A DNA stretch of 62,924 nucleotides, filler included, from Octopus bimaculoides (GCF_001194135.2; 10 parts of 10 records of this genome joined end to end with filler, not necessarily neighbours in it); one strand, 5' to 3'. Positions 22,410-35,089 are shown, counted from the first letter of the whole stretch. A program made the numbers and translations. The notes: a model not told the origin generated them from the sequence alone.

Positions 22410-23140
22410 ACTGCACATCAGGCTGAGAAAAACAGACTATTATGTTATTGGTCGCTCTCTGACAGGTCAAATCTTGTGGAAGTTGTGGAAACTTCCAGGC
22501 AAGCAAAAGTATTGGCGATACAGTCATTCATGGACAGCAGGAACCTTGGGTATTTCTACATTACAACAAAGGAAGTCTTTGATCTCCATTTCAGAGTAAC
22601 TAATACACACAAATCTGCCGATCTTTGGGACGACCAAGACTTATTTGAACGATGGAAGGGACGCTTTCAAGTACTCAAGTGGCTATCTACCGCAGTTGTT
22701 GACCCGCCCCGAAATGTCCCCTAGTATCCGATCTGACATTGGATGCCACTTCCACCACATTGCCATAAGTCTAAAATGCATGAAGCATGGAAAATACCTG
22801 GCCCTGACAATATATGTCTGGAGCTCCAGTCTCACTCTGCTCAAACCGTTTGGGAGATGGAGGCTGTTCCTGTGGGCTTTAGAGATCTGACCAGGCAATC
22901 TGTGGAAACTATTGCAACATCTTTCTTCTCAGAATTGCTGGAAAGATCTTCTCCAAGATCCTGCTAGATCGATTAGTGGTTGTCACTGAGCAAGTTCTTC
23001 CAGAGTTGTCGTGCAGCTTCTGCCCCACCCGTGGTATCATCGACATGGTTTCCGCACATGCCTTCTTCAAGAAAATGCTCATGAAAAACACACTACTTCT
23101 TGTGTTCAGGGACTTGGAGAATGGTTTTGACAGCATTCTC
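22410..23140 (+). mobile_element. RTE-clade LINE fragment (pre-RT and N-terminal RT), truncated at the repeat array
   Basis: AKVLAIQSFMDSRNLGYFY; FERWKGRFQVL; KIPGPDNI; IAGKIFSKILLDRL...VLPELSCSFCPTRGIIDM...VFRDLENGFDS. Confidence 0.85.
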
Positions 23141-23149
23141 CAATGGTTG

Positions 23150-26125
23150 GTGTAGCATTTGGGTATGGTTTTGGGGTTAGCATTAGGGAATGAGGCAGTG
23201 TTAGGAATGATATGGATAGGTATAGCACAAGGGTTATGGTTAGTGTTAGGGTTTGGTATTTGAGTTGGGTTTTCGGTTGTGGTTGGTGTTGAGTTAGGGT
23301 TAGGTTTAGGATTACGCTGATGGTTAAGTTTGTTTAGGGTTAGGGTAAGGGTAAGGTTTGGGTCAGAGTTACTTTGAGGGATAGGTTTAGGGTAAGGTTT
23401 GAGCATGAGGTTTAGCGTTACGGTTAGTACAATTGTCAGTGTCAGTGTGAGATTAGAGTTATTGTTAGGTTCGTGTTAAATTTAGGGTTATTGTTAGGGT
23501 TAGGTTTAGAGATATGTTGAGAGTTTGGTGTAACTTTAGGGATAGTGTTAGAGTTAGGTGTAGCATATGGTTTCAGATTTGTGTTAGGGCGAGATTTCAG
23601 TGAGGGAAATTCATAAGTTTAGGGTTATTTTTAGAGTTAGGGTAAGATTTAAGCTTATGAAATAGGCTTGGGTTTAATGTTATGCTTAGGCTGAGGGATC
23701 GTGTTAGGTTTAGTATTAGGATTAGGGTTAAGGTTAGGTTTACATATAGTGTTATGGTTCTAAACCCTAACACTAACCCTAATATCAACTCTAAACATAA
23801 GCCCAATGCTAATCCTAAATCCAACTCCAACCCTAACACCAGAACTAAGCTTATCTGTTACCCTAACACCAACCCTTTCTCCAACTGTAACCTTAGTACT
23901 AAGTCAAACTAACCCTAAAATTAAATTAAAACAATCCTACATTACGACAAAGGAAGTCTTTGATCTCCATTTCAGAGTAACTAATACACACAAATCTGCC
24001 GATCTTTGGGACGACCAAGACTTATTTGAACGATGGAAGGGACGCTTTCAAGTACTCAAGTGGCTATCTACCGCAGTTGTTGACGCCCAAAAATAAACCT
24101 AACAGTAAAGCTGATACTAACCCTCACTCTAAAACTAAAACTCAACCTAAACTTAACCCTAATGTAAATCTTCATTCCAACTAATCCTAACATGAGTCCC
24201 AACATTAAATCTAAGCCACACCCAAACCCTAACCATAAATCTAAACCTAGTCCTATACCCAACAGTAATGCTAACCCAAACCAAACTCGAAGCCTAAACC
24301 TAGTCTTCACATTTACCCTAACCCTAATCCTAAATGTAATGCTAATTCTGAGCATAACACTACCACTAAACCTAAACCTAAAGCTAATCATAAACCTAAA
24401 TTTAACTTTATATGCAACACTAACCCCTACAACTGACCTTAACACTATCCCCAAGCCTAAACATCACCCTAACCATAACGCTAATTCCAAAGCTAAACCT
24501 AACCATAAACTGCAACCTAATCCTAAAATTAAATATAACACTAACCCTATCCCAAGCCCTGCCCCTAAACCTAACCCCAATACTAACCATTACCCTAAGC
24601 CAAACCTCAAACCTAACTGTAACCCTAACCCACACCCTAAGGCTAACCCTAATCCTTGATGTAACACTAACCCAACCCTAACCTTAACCGTCGTCATCAT
24701 AATGCTACTACTACCCATAATACTAAACCAAACCCTAAACCTATACCTAACTACAACCCTAACTCTAACCTGAACCCTTAATGTAACCCTAACCCTAACA
24801 CCTACCATAACCTAATCCTAACACTAACCTGAAAACCAAATATAAGCTTAATGCTAACCCTAACCTAAACCTCACCCTAAACTTAAAACTAACCCTAACC
24901 CTAACACAAATCATAAAACTAACCCTAACACTGCAACTAACATTAACCCTCAGTATAACTGTAACCCTAATCATAAAGCTGAACTTAATCCTAAAGTTAA
25001 CCAGCATGCTAGCCCTAGATATAAACCTAACATAAACCCTAAACCTATCCCTACCACTATTCATAAACCTAACACTAATCCTAAATCTAACCCTAATCAT
25101 AAACTTAATCCTAACCATAAATCTAAATCTAACCCTAACACTAACCCCTATCTATCCTCAACCTAACCCAGTTCTAACCTGAAACCTAACCATAAGCCTA
25201 ACGTTAAACATAACCCTAATCATAACAATAACCCAAACAATAAATATAACTGCAAACTTAAACCTAATGCAAACCCAAACCATCCATCTAAACCTAAACC
25301 TAGCTACAAAGTTAAATCTAACCCTAACTATAAACTGAACATAAACAATAACCCTAAACTTAAGCCTAACTCTTACTATAATATTAACCTGAGACCTAAC
25401 AGTAACAAGAACCATATCTCTAACCATAAACACTAAAACTGACCCTAATCCTAACCTTAACACTAAACCTAAGCCTAAATGTAACCCTGCCCTAAATCTA
25501 ACCAACTGTAACTCTAAACCCAAACTTAAAACTACCACAAACCATAACTCTAACTGTAAACCTAACCTAAACCTAATTTTAACCCTAACCTGAACTATTT
25601 ATATTCCTCAATCTAACATCAAAGCAATCTTTAACCCTAAAACAATAGCCAATAATAAACTTAACCCTAACCCCAAAGATAACATTAACCCCATGCCTAA
25701 CACCAACTCCAACACAAACTCCCAATTCTAACATGAACCCCAACCCCATATCTAATTAAAATGCTGTCCTTAACCCCAACCATAACCCAGACCCTTACCC
25801 TATCTCTAACCATAACCCTAAGACCACCCCTACCTCTATTGTTAACCCTCAACCTAAGCCTCATCTTAAACCTATCCCTAAACCAACCCTAAACATTAAC
25901 CCTAACCCCATCTGCAATACTACCCCTAACACTAACCCTAACCTAAACCCTAACTTTACCCCTAACTCAAACCCTCATACTAACCCTATCCTATCTGAAA
26001 CTGTAAACTCAACTCTAATCCTGACTCTAACACAACCCAATACTAGACCTAGCATCAACCCTAAACCTAACCCCAACCCTAATACTAACCCTTACTGAAA
26101 CACTAAGCTTAACCCTAACCATAAA
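23150..26125. repeat. Degenerate telomere-like hexamer array: G-rich (TTAGGG-like) 23150-23759, then C-rich (CCCTAA-like) 23761-26125
   Basis: 6-bp periodic variants (ttaggg, ttaggt, ttagtg / cctaac, cctaaa, actaac). Orientation switches at gtgttatggtt-cta-aaccctaacac. A short outlying patch lies at about 26509-26585. Confidence 0.85.
23937..24084 (+). repeat. 148-bp near-exact copy of RTE segment 22556-22703 inside the array
   Basis: Base-by-base match with one substitution (ttacaacaaagg vs ttacgacaaagg). Confidence 0.95.
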
Positions 26126-27379
26126 CTTATACTTGCATTCATGGATAGGTACACAAAAAAAATTGAACACTGAAAAGTTTGGGTTAGTCAAGATTATAAT
26201 TATTTTATTAAATTTTTGGTAACTTATATTTTTATTAGTTACTCAATTATAAATTTCATAAATTTCCAGTATTGGATCAAATATCAGAAGTTGTAATACA
26301 TTTCGTTTGAATATAGGCCAGACCTAATAGTTTGTTGATATGTTGATTAAAATATTAAAATTGTTAAATTTGATAAAATAATCTGCAATAATAAAAATTG
26401 AATATGCTATGTTTTAGAATTGTCAGAGTTAATATTCTTTTTACCAATTTGTTTATACTTCTGTCTTAAACAGGTAAGGTACTGTAAAAGGAGTACACTT
26501 CTTCATTTAACCCTAAATTCTAATCATAAATCCTAAGTCTATCCTTAAACCTATACCATAACTCTAAAGCATAATCTTAAGCTATACATCTTTTTGAAAC
26601 ACAGGAGAATCAAGGATGCAAAAATGGAAAGCAATTTTGTGTAATCAACATCTCCAATGTTTAAAACAATCCTGAAAGAATATTTGTAAAAAGTCAAAAA
26701 TGAAAAAGTTACAGCCAGTTGCATACAAGGGGGGAGGAGTAGAATGAAGAGAAGGAAGGGAGGAGAGGCTTAAAATAAATTGAAATTTTGAAAAACCTTT
26801 TTTTTACTGGTTTGTAATCAATCCTTAAAACAAAATTGATGAAACTGTTGTAAAACTTTAGTGGTACACTTATTCGAAAACTCCACTTCAGCATTATTAC
26901 AAATTAATGCCTACCCAGAATATTCTGAAGCACTTTCAAGCACAAAAGTCTGGTGACGAGCCTGTTATTGAACTTTCAGAATAGCTGTCATATGTAAATT
27001 TCTCATTTTTTTTTTTGGTGCCATTTTCCCACCTTATATAGGTATCCCACATTTTAAAACACTTGTGGGTGGACTTCCTTTAGAATAAAATGTTTCAAAG
27101 CATATTTTTTACATAAATCTACCTATTCCCTCATTGTATCTTTGGAACACAAGCCACTTCGATTTTTTTCTTTATTGTCATTTTTTGTCATGTAGTATTT
27201 CACATTTTGATGCATAAATCAGAATTTCAGCTTTTTTAAAAATAGATTTTAACCATGAAAAATAAAATGAAGAGGTGGAAGTATGAAATTTTTTTCTCAA
27301 AGAATGTGTATTACAAGTGTTTCAAAAAGTGGAATGTATTGTGCAGGTTACACTTAGAGGAGTTCTCTTTGCCAAGTGA

Positions 27380-28350
27380 TAAAAGGTTGTTTCTTGCTTA
27401 TGTTTGCTTCATCAAAGATTAGATTTAACAAATCGATGAGCACTTATCACAACAGTAAATAAAATTAAGGCACATGCTTTCAATTCTCCACTCTTTCAAC
27501 AACAGCTCTGCATTGAGCATGATGAAGATTTTGAATATTTGTTGCTGCACACAGAAGTTCAATGGCTGTCAAAGAGAAATTGCCTGAAAGTTTTCTTTCC
27601 CTTTTTAAATCAGTTGCTGAATTCTTGTGAAACTCTAATTCTGTTCTTTGTGATGAACTAAAAGACATCAAGTATGATATTGTTTATATGGCAGATATAT
27701 TCACAAAGTTCAATGAAGTTAATCTGCAGCAGCAAGGAAAAGAAGTTAAACCATAACAAAGTAAAATCAGCCCTCTCCATGTTTCTGTCCAAGTTACAGT
27801 TATTCAAATGCAACATCAGCTGTTATGAGTTCTTCCAGTTTCCAAGCCTCTCTGAACTGGAGAAAGTAAAGTGTATACCAGAAGATGACCTTCAAGTATA
27901 TTGTTCACATCTGGATGAGACATACCAGTCTGGGTGATTTCTAGATATCAGTAATGAGGAAACGAATAGTGGAGGAAGAACTGACATCAATTTAAAATGA
28001 TACTGAGCTGTGGTCAAAGTTAAAAAGAACCATATCATGATTTTGGGTTGCAAAAGGACATTTCTGACAACTTACCTCATAGTTCCATTCAGCTTGATGT
28101 CAAGAAGCTGATATTCCAGCACAAAGTATGTCTATCACATTAAAAATATGAAAATAATGTAGTTACTGGTGAGATGTAAATTTACTCCTTTATATTGTAA
28201 AAAACAGCAAAATAATGGGTTAACTGGATGAAGTTTTATTTGTGAAATACAGTTGTTTTAAATTTGAAGTAGAAAGAGATATGTTTGTGGTGGTGTGATG
28301 TGGGGAGGGGAGGAGAAAAGTGGAACCAAGCGGGTGGGAGTCAGAAAAAG
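27380..28350 (+). mobile_element. hAT (Buster/Charlie-like) transposase remnant
   Basis: IKAHAFNSPLF...LCIEHDEDFEYLLLHTEVQWLSKRNCL; DIVYMADIFTKFNEVNLQQQG; ends with aaaaaggttgggaa, typical of this group's right end. Confidence 0.8.
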
Positions 28351-28592
28351 GTTGGGAAATAAGACCAGCTCCACTTGAGGAGGGGAAATAATTGCAAAAT
28401 TCAAAATCTCATAAGTTGACATGCAAGAAAAAGGGCAGGATTATCATCTAGAGAACAGTTGTAGACATGTGTCCCAGGCTTAGTAGCCATCATCAGCACA
28501 ACATTTGTCCAGTTGCACATGCACGTGTGTGTGTGTGGGAGTTTGTTTTGGATATTTGAATATATATTTGTATGTCTGCATGTATATAAGCA

Positions 28593-28823
28593 TTAGGGCA
28601 TTCTTGCATGGTTCTCAATATTAGTGCAATTAGTGCTATCGTCTGCAGCAGAATGTGATACATTCTGCATTACAGTGTGCAACCTCTGTAGTCTGGCTTC
28701 AAGTTGGTCCTGTGATGTAGACATGGCTGCACCTGGCTGGCTGCGGTGCTGTAACTGGAACAACTGGATGTACTCTTGCTCTGTGTACTGAGCTCCTTTC
28801 TCAGCTATACCATCGATGATAGC
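28593..28823 (-). CDS. Terminal coding exon of an unidentified gene
   Basis: Acceptor cttttctttctgttgatcattcacCAG, phase 0. Stop-free, GC-richer than its flanks: AIIDGIAEKGAQYTEQEYIQLFQLQ...DQLEARLQRLH...ARMP*. No TE motif recognised. Confidence 0.6.
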   Translation of the reverse strand, partial: AIIDGIAEKGAQYTEQEYIQLFQLQHRSQPGAAMSTSQDQLEARLQRLHTVMQNVSHSAADDSTNCTNIENHARMP

Positions 28824-28888
28824 CTGGTGAATGATCAACAGAAAGAAAAGAGCTATTAATGGTGGTGGTGTAGTTATGATAGATATGC

Positions 28889-28958
28889 ATAAAACAAAGT
28901 AAATATCATAAGATAAAGAAAATATTATCTTTATCTTATGATATTTACTTTGTTTTAT
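28889..28958. repeat. Perfect 31-bp inverted repeat with 8-nt loop
   Basis: ataaaacaaagtaaatatcataagataaaga / aaatatta / tctttatcttatgatatttactttgttttat. Confidence 0.9.
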
Positions 28959-29514
28959 ATTATAATCATTTATTGTGCTTTTAGTTATTAATTTTTCTAT
29001 ATGTGATAGTGGATTTTCATCAATGAGTTCTTGAAACTTGGTTTTTTTCCCTAAAACTATATNNNNNNNNNNNNNNNNNNNNNNNNNNNNNNNNNNNNNN
29101 NNNNNNTTAATTAATTAANNNNNNNNNNNNNNNNNNNNNNNNNNNNNNNNNNNNNNNNNNNNGTGCGTGTGTCTCCCCGTCTCTCTTTCTCTCCCTTTTC
29201 TCCATTCGATTGCTCTATCATTCACTCCAGTTGTGTGCGTGCCTGTGCAAGCGCCTGTTGAGTCAGATACGACCGTCGGCCGCCAACATAAAGCCGTGTC
29301 AATTTTCTATTAAATCATTCGCTGACGTTTTGTCGTCAGATTATTCTCTGTGCTGGAGTACACGGTACCCACTTCTTCATCACTCCCTCCATTACCCCCA
29401 TTTGCTCACTCACTCACTCTCCGAAACAGTCAAGCACCCGCAGCTACACACTTCACTTTACAAACCCCCATCAAAAATACCCCCTGCTACGCGCACATAA
29501 ATGTATATATATTC

Positions 29515-29581
<67 letters not shown>

Positions 29582-29601
29582 CGTAAATATATAAAAATAA
29601 A

Positions 29602-29632
<31 letters not shown>

Positions 29633-29879
29633 TATATAAAATCCTGTTCATACANNNNNNNNNNATATATATATATATATGCTGAGAATCATTTATATTT
29701 TCTGTTTGCAAGTGTTTATTATATTGTTTTAAAATATACAAATATACACTCTCGAACATATGCACAATTAATCGAGCACAGGAATACGCCCCCAAACGCA
29801 CCAACTCCATTAACACGCTGAATACATCCATAAATATATAATGCGTACGTGTGCATGGTGTACGTGCATATATATGGTA

Positions 29880-30145
29880 CTGTCCACTGCATCTCACATA
29901 AGAACGAGATACTGCAGCAGCCTCGGTTTCAGAGGACCTCAGCTCTTCAATGCCCTGCCAAAACATTTGAGAGACATGCAAGACATGGATGCGGAGGTCT
30001 TCAAGACAAAACTTGACGCTTTCCTCTCCACGATACCAGACGAACCAATGGCTCGTAATGAGACGCAGTTTAGGGCAGCTGTGTCAAATTCTCTTATACA
30101 CCAGATGTGCCATCAAAACTCTTGATTGGACCATGTCAGGTGGGG
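29880..30145 (+). mobile_element. CR1-like LINE 3' fragment
   Basis: GPQLFNALPKHLRD...FKTKLDAFLSTIPDEP...SNSL. Confidence 0.75.
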
Positions 30146-30909
30146 NNNNNNNNNNNNNNNNNNNNNNNNNNNNNNNNNNNNNNNNNNNNNNNNNNNNNNN
30201 NNNNNNNNNNNNNNNNNNNNNNNNNNNNNNNNNNNNNNNNNNNNNNNNNNNNNNNNNNNNNNNNNNNNNNNNNNNNNNNNNNNNNNNNNNNNNNNNNNNN
30301 NNNNNNNNNNNNNNNNNNNNNNNNNNNNNNNNNNNNNNNNNNNNNNNNNNNNNNNNNNNNNNNNNNNNNNNNNNNNNNNNNNNNNNNNNNNNNNNNNNNN
30401 NNNNNNNNNNNNNNNNNNNNNNNNNNNNNNNNNNNNNNNNNNNNNNNNNNNNNNNNNNNNNNNNNNNNNNNNNNNNNNNNNNNNNNNNNNNNNNNNNNNN
30501 NNNNNNNNNNNNNNNNNNNNNNNNNNNNNNNNNNNNNNNNNNNNNNNNNNNNNNNNNNNNNNNNNNNNNNNNNNNNNNNNNNNNNNNNNNNNNNNNNNNN
30601 NNNNNNNNNNNNNNNNNNNNNNNNNNNNNNNNNNNNNNNNNNNNNNNNNNNNNNNNNNNNNNNNNNNNNNNNNNNNNNNNNNNNNNNNNNNNNNNNNNNN
30701 NNNNNNNNNNNNNNNNNNNNNNNNNNNNNNNNNNNNNNNNNNNNNNNNNNNNNNNNNNNNNNNNNNNNNNNNNNNNNNNNNNNNNNNNNNNNNNNNNNNN
30801 NNNNNNNNNNNNNNNNNNNNNNNNNNNNNNNNNNNNNNNNNNNNNNNNNNNNNNNNNNNNNNNNNNNNNNNNNNNNNNNNNNNNNNNNNNNNNNNNNNNN
30901 NNNNNNNNN

Positions 30910-30949
<40 letters not shown>

Positions 30950-31479
30950 CATGTATATATACATACACACACTCACGCACTCACACACACACGCACACAC
31001 ACATATATATGTTTACACACACGCACGCACGCACATGTATATATCATATATATGTATATATATCTAAAGTATAAGATATATAAGTATATGTATATATATA
31101 TATGCGTGTGTGTTTAACATTAAACTAAAGGATTGTTCAATATTTTTTGAGGAGTATTTATTAATTAACTTTTATATTATAATAAAATGTTTGAGTTCGA
31201 CTTAGATGTTTCGACCCTACTTGCGAAGAGAGTCTGATGAAAGCAGGCTTATGAAAACGTGTAATTCACTGTTAACTTTTTCCATATATATCCATCTATG
31301 TACCATACTGAATGTAAATACACTGTTGAGAAACACACCACGCCATTGTCTTAATATGTTGCACTGGTGGCGCAAAACCGCTTCTTTTTTATTCTTTACA
31401 GAGAAAGCCTTTTCTTAAAGAATTAATACTCAATGAAGTTTAAACTTAGATACGTTTCGACCAAAGATTGGTTCAGGCC

Positions 31480-32040
31480 ATGTCTAACTTAATAGCACCA
31501 CCTGATAGGATTATCTAAATCCTTTTTACAGTCAAGTTTTGTTTATGGTCCATTCAAGTAGTGAGTTCTTATTGAGTGAGTTGTATCCAGGTATGAGTGG
31601 CTTGTCTGGTATTCCTTGAAGAAATCTGTCTAGACTCCGTTTAAAGCTGATAGGATCCTTTTCCTATTTTATCTGTTTCAGGACAATGTTAAACGGGGCA
31701 GGGCCTGTTGAGGAAAAGATATTGTGTCGCACTATACCTATAAGTTGTGATCCTGAATTGGGCAGGGGACGTATGGCCCGTGGTCGCAGCCTTGGATGAA
31801 CCTTGAAACTAATGTTCAGGTCGTCTGGGCAATTTATGCTAAAATATTTTTAAAAGACTGGATGGATGAAGAAGCAATGAATAATCGTATGAGAATGTAT
31901 GTTTCTAGGTTACTGTAGAGACCTGAATCGGAACAAGTTCGGAGCTCATAGAGCTTGGATCGTTAAAAAGGTAGTTCAAAAAACAGCTTCGTTAAGACGT
32001 TCATTTAATCAGCCACCCACCTGTAGGATGTAAATATCTC
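31480..32040 (-). mobile_element. CR1-like LINE 3' fragment
   Basis: Minus strand: HPRLRPRA...TGPAPFNIV...FKRSLDRFLQGIPDKP...KNSLLEW; same clade as 29880-30145. Confidence 0.7.
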
Positions 32041-33359
32041 GTATAGACATTAAAAAAAAAAAAAGAAAAATAGAAAAAAAAAAAAACGAATTGAAATGAA
32101 ACAAACATAATGCAATTTTTGAGTTTAAAAGCGGCATCAGTTGAGTTAACAATTCAGAACGTCAGCAGACTCCATCGTGACGACTTGAAGTTTTCACTTG
32201 GTAAGTCTTGCTGAAGAGAGTTAAGGTTTTTCGCCAAACCTCGAAATCATGATGCAAGTATATCCATATACCAAAATATATAACATTAAGATATGATGGT
32301 ATGTCAAAATTTCTTTTGCACATTTGCCCGGCTACTGTTGTTATCTAATGAATGTTTCAGTGTCATTGATGGTTAAGCTGAGGGTTTTAACTCCACTTTC
32401 TAGCAGGTAGGCGCTTGGTGTGCCCTTATGATAAATATAAATTTTAATTGCATTGCTATATAACGCTATTTAACGCCTGCTGTCACCTACATTATTGTTG
32501 TTGTTTTTATCAATTTATATTTACTGCAAATAAAATAACAATAATAATATCTTTATAAATATTCGTTTTTGAATATATAAAAACTAAATATTGGTGATTC
32601 GGAATTCCAGTGATCGACGTGAGTAGTAAGAACAAGCCTTCCAGTTTTAGGGCTACTGGTATACCTAGTTCTGAAAATGATCTAAGTTTTGCACATGATG
32701 ATTAAATAAACCGTCGTTATAATTATATATATGTATATTTTAAATATATTATACTTCGCTGTTTTGCACTTCTAATAAATTCAATTTTATTCCCATTGCT
32801 TGCTGTGTATTAATATTAACAAAATATTTGCAACGTCTGCATATAAAAATTCACTCATATTTATTGCACTTTGCTGCAAGCTTTGCAGTATTTTTACCGA
32901 TAAATTGCATTTGCCTGCATGTATCAATATTCATTAATACCAAATCGTGATATTCCTTTTCATCTAACGTAAATTTAATTTATATTCATTCAAGGTTAGC
33001 GCGTGGATACTATACACGATTTTGCACTGGATGTCAGTGTATATGGAATTTCGTTGCATCAAGTTGTTTTCCCCTCAAAACCACTTTAAAAGCACTTTCA
33101 TGAAATGTATCGTTAGGTATAAGAAACCTGCTTTTATTTAAAAAAATAAAATCCTTGTAAATTAGAAAGACGTTTTATACGGAGGCGTGACTTGAACACT
33201 GGCATGTATATAAACATACATGCACACATATGTACGATATATCTTTAACAACGACGAGGACGACAACAACAACAGCAACAACAATGATAGTAAAAAATAT
33301 GAATGTAATATATGTATGTAAAGATATGAGTATATATAAATATATGTATATATATGTGT

Positions 33360-33392
<33 letters not shown>

Positions 33393-33492
33393 NNNNNNNN
33401 NNNNNNNNNNNNNNNNNNNNNNNNNNNNNNNNNNNNTTAATTAATTAANNNNNNNNNNNNNNNNNNNNNNNNNNNNNNNNNNNNNNNNNNNN

Positions 33493-33574
<82 letters not shown>

Positions 33575-33814
33575 GCTCACATATATGCACACACACACAC
33601 ACATTCAACTAAACACACACACACACTCACACACATATATAACTATATAAGTATATATTATATTTTATTATATTATTTCGTATTATACTGTATATTAAAT
33701 AAACATCTATCCACACTTACATTCGCTTAAAGATACAAACAGAAACATAAAAAGCATTGCTTCATTATTGTTCCAGTTTTCCACTGTTATTTATTTTATC
33801 AAACCCAAAAAGAT

Positions 33815-34025
33815 GAGAGCCACGGTCGACCTTCATGATCTTTGACAACTATATCTGGTCTATTAGCCTTAATTTCTCTATCTGTGTGTATTGGCATATC
33901 CCAGAGTATGGTTGCTTTCTCGTTTTCTGTGACCTTTTCTCGCGTGTGTTTATACCATCTTTTTTCTGTTGTTATTCCATAGTTTTGGCATAGCTTCAAG
34001 TGTATATAGGTCCCATACAGTTTGT
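33815..34025 (-). mobile_element. R4/Dong-clade RLE endonuclease fragment
   Basis: IHLKLCQNYGI...WYKHTREKVTENEKATILWDMPIHTDREIKANRPDIVVKD. Confidence 0.85.
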
Positions 34026-34214
34026 AGAGGTGAATATATTCATAATTCACCGACAATGATGAGGTGATAAGTTACACTGATACTCATCTATTCCACCTTG
34101 GTCACAAACTTTTATGAGAGAAACAGCTGTAAGAAGCCAATGACATTGATTAATTATATACATCCGTATGTATGTATGTATACGCATATGCATGCATGTA
34201 TGCATGTACGTACG

Positions 34215-34298
<84 letters not shown>

Positions 34299-34384
34299 AT
34301 CATAAATATATAGGGATTGACAGTAACCTGCTTCTCCAACATACTGAGAATTCAGAAATAGCAGCCAAAGAACTACTGATTCCA

Positions 34385-34500
34385 AAACTACAAATTATTA
34401 CTCTAAATTGATAGCGATATTTTTTTACTCTTCTCTACTGTTTTTTGTTCTGTGTGTATCAAAAATATCGCTATCAATTTAGAGTAATAATTTGTAGTTT
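34385..34500. repeat. Perfect 40-bp inverted repeat running into a gap
   Basis: 34385-34424 is the exact reverse complement of 34461-34500. Confidence 0.85.
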
Positions 34501-35024
34501 NNNNNNNNNNNNNNNNNNNNNNNNNNNNNNNNNNNNNNNNNNNNNNNNNNNNNNNNNNNNNNNNNNNNNNNNNNNNNNNNNNNNNNNNNNNNNNNNNNNN
34601 NNNNNNNNNNNNNNNNNNNNNNNNNNNNNNNNNNNNNNNNNNNNNNNNNNNNNNNNNNNNNNNNNNNNNNNNNNNNNNNNNNNNNNNNNNNNNNNNNNNN
34701 NNNNNNNNNNNNNNNNNNNNNNNNNNNNNNNNNNNNNNNNNNNNNNNNNNNNNNNNNNNNNNNNNNNNNNNNNNNNNNNNNNNNNNNNNNNNNNNNNNNN
34801 NNNNNNNNNNNNNNNNNNNNNNNNNNNNNNNNNNNNNNNNNNNNNNNNNNNNNNNNNNNNNNNNNNNNNNNNNNNNNNNNNNNNNNNNNNNNNNNNNNNN
34901 NNNNNNNNNNNNNNNNNNNNNNNNNNNNNNNNNNNNNNNNNNNNNNNNNNNNNNNNNNNNNNNNNNNNNNNNNNNNNNNNNNNNNNNNNNNNNNNNNNNN
35001 NNNNNNNNNNNNNNNNNNNNNNNN

Positions 35025-35089
<65 letters not shown>

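Noticed and set aside
22909-25538. NPNP-/VRVR-rich ORFs resembling circumsporozoite-like repeat proteins
   Set aside because: Products of the hexamer array; open in several frames on both strands, with no splice or start context.
23150-26125. A current functional telomere
   Set aside because: Interstitial, with unique sequence and exons on both sides, and the repeats are too degenerate.
31205-31490. Two partial hammerhead-like motifs (ctgatgaaagcaggcttatgaaa; minus-strand accaa-tct-ttggt-cgaaacgta-tctaa)
   Set aside because: The first lacks a proper stem II and the second lacks the CUGANGA core; too decayed to call.
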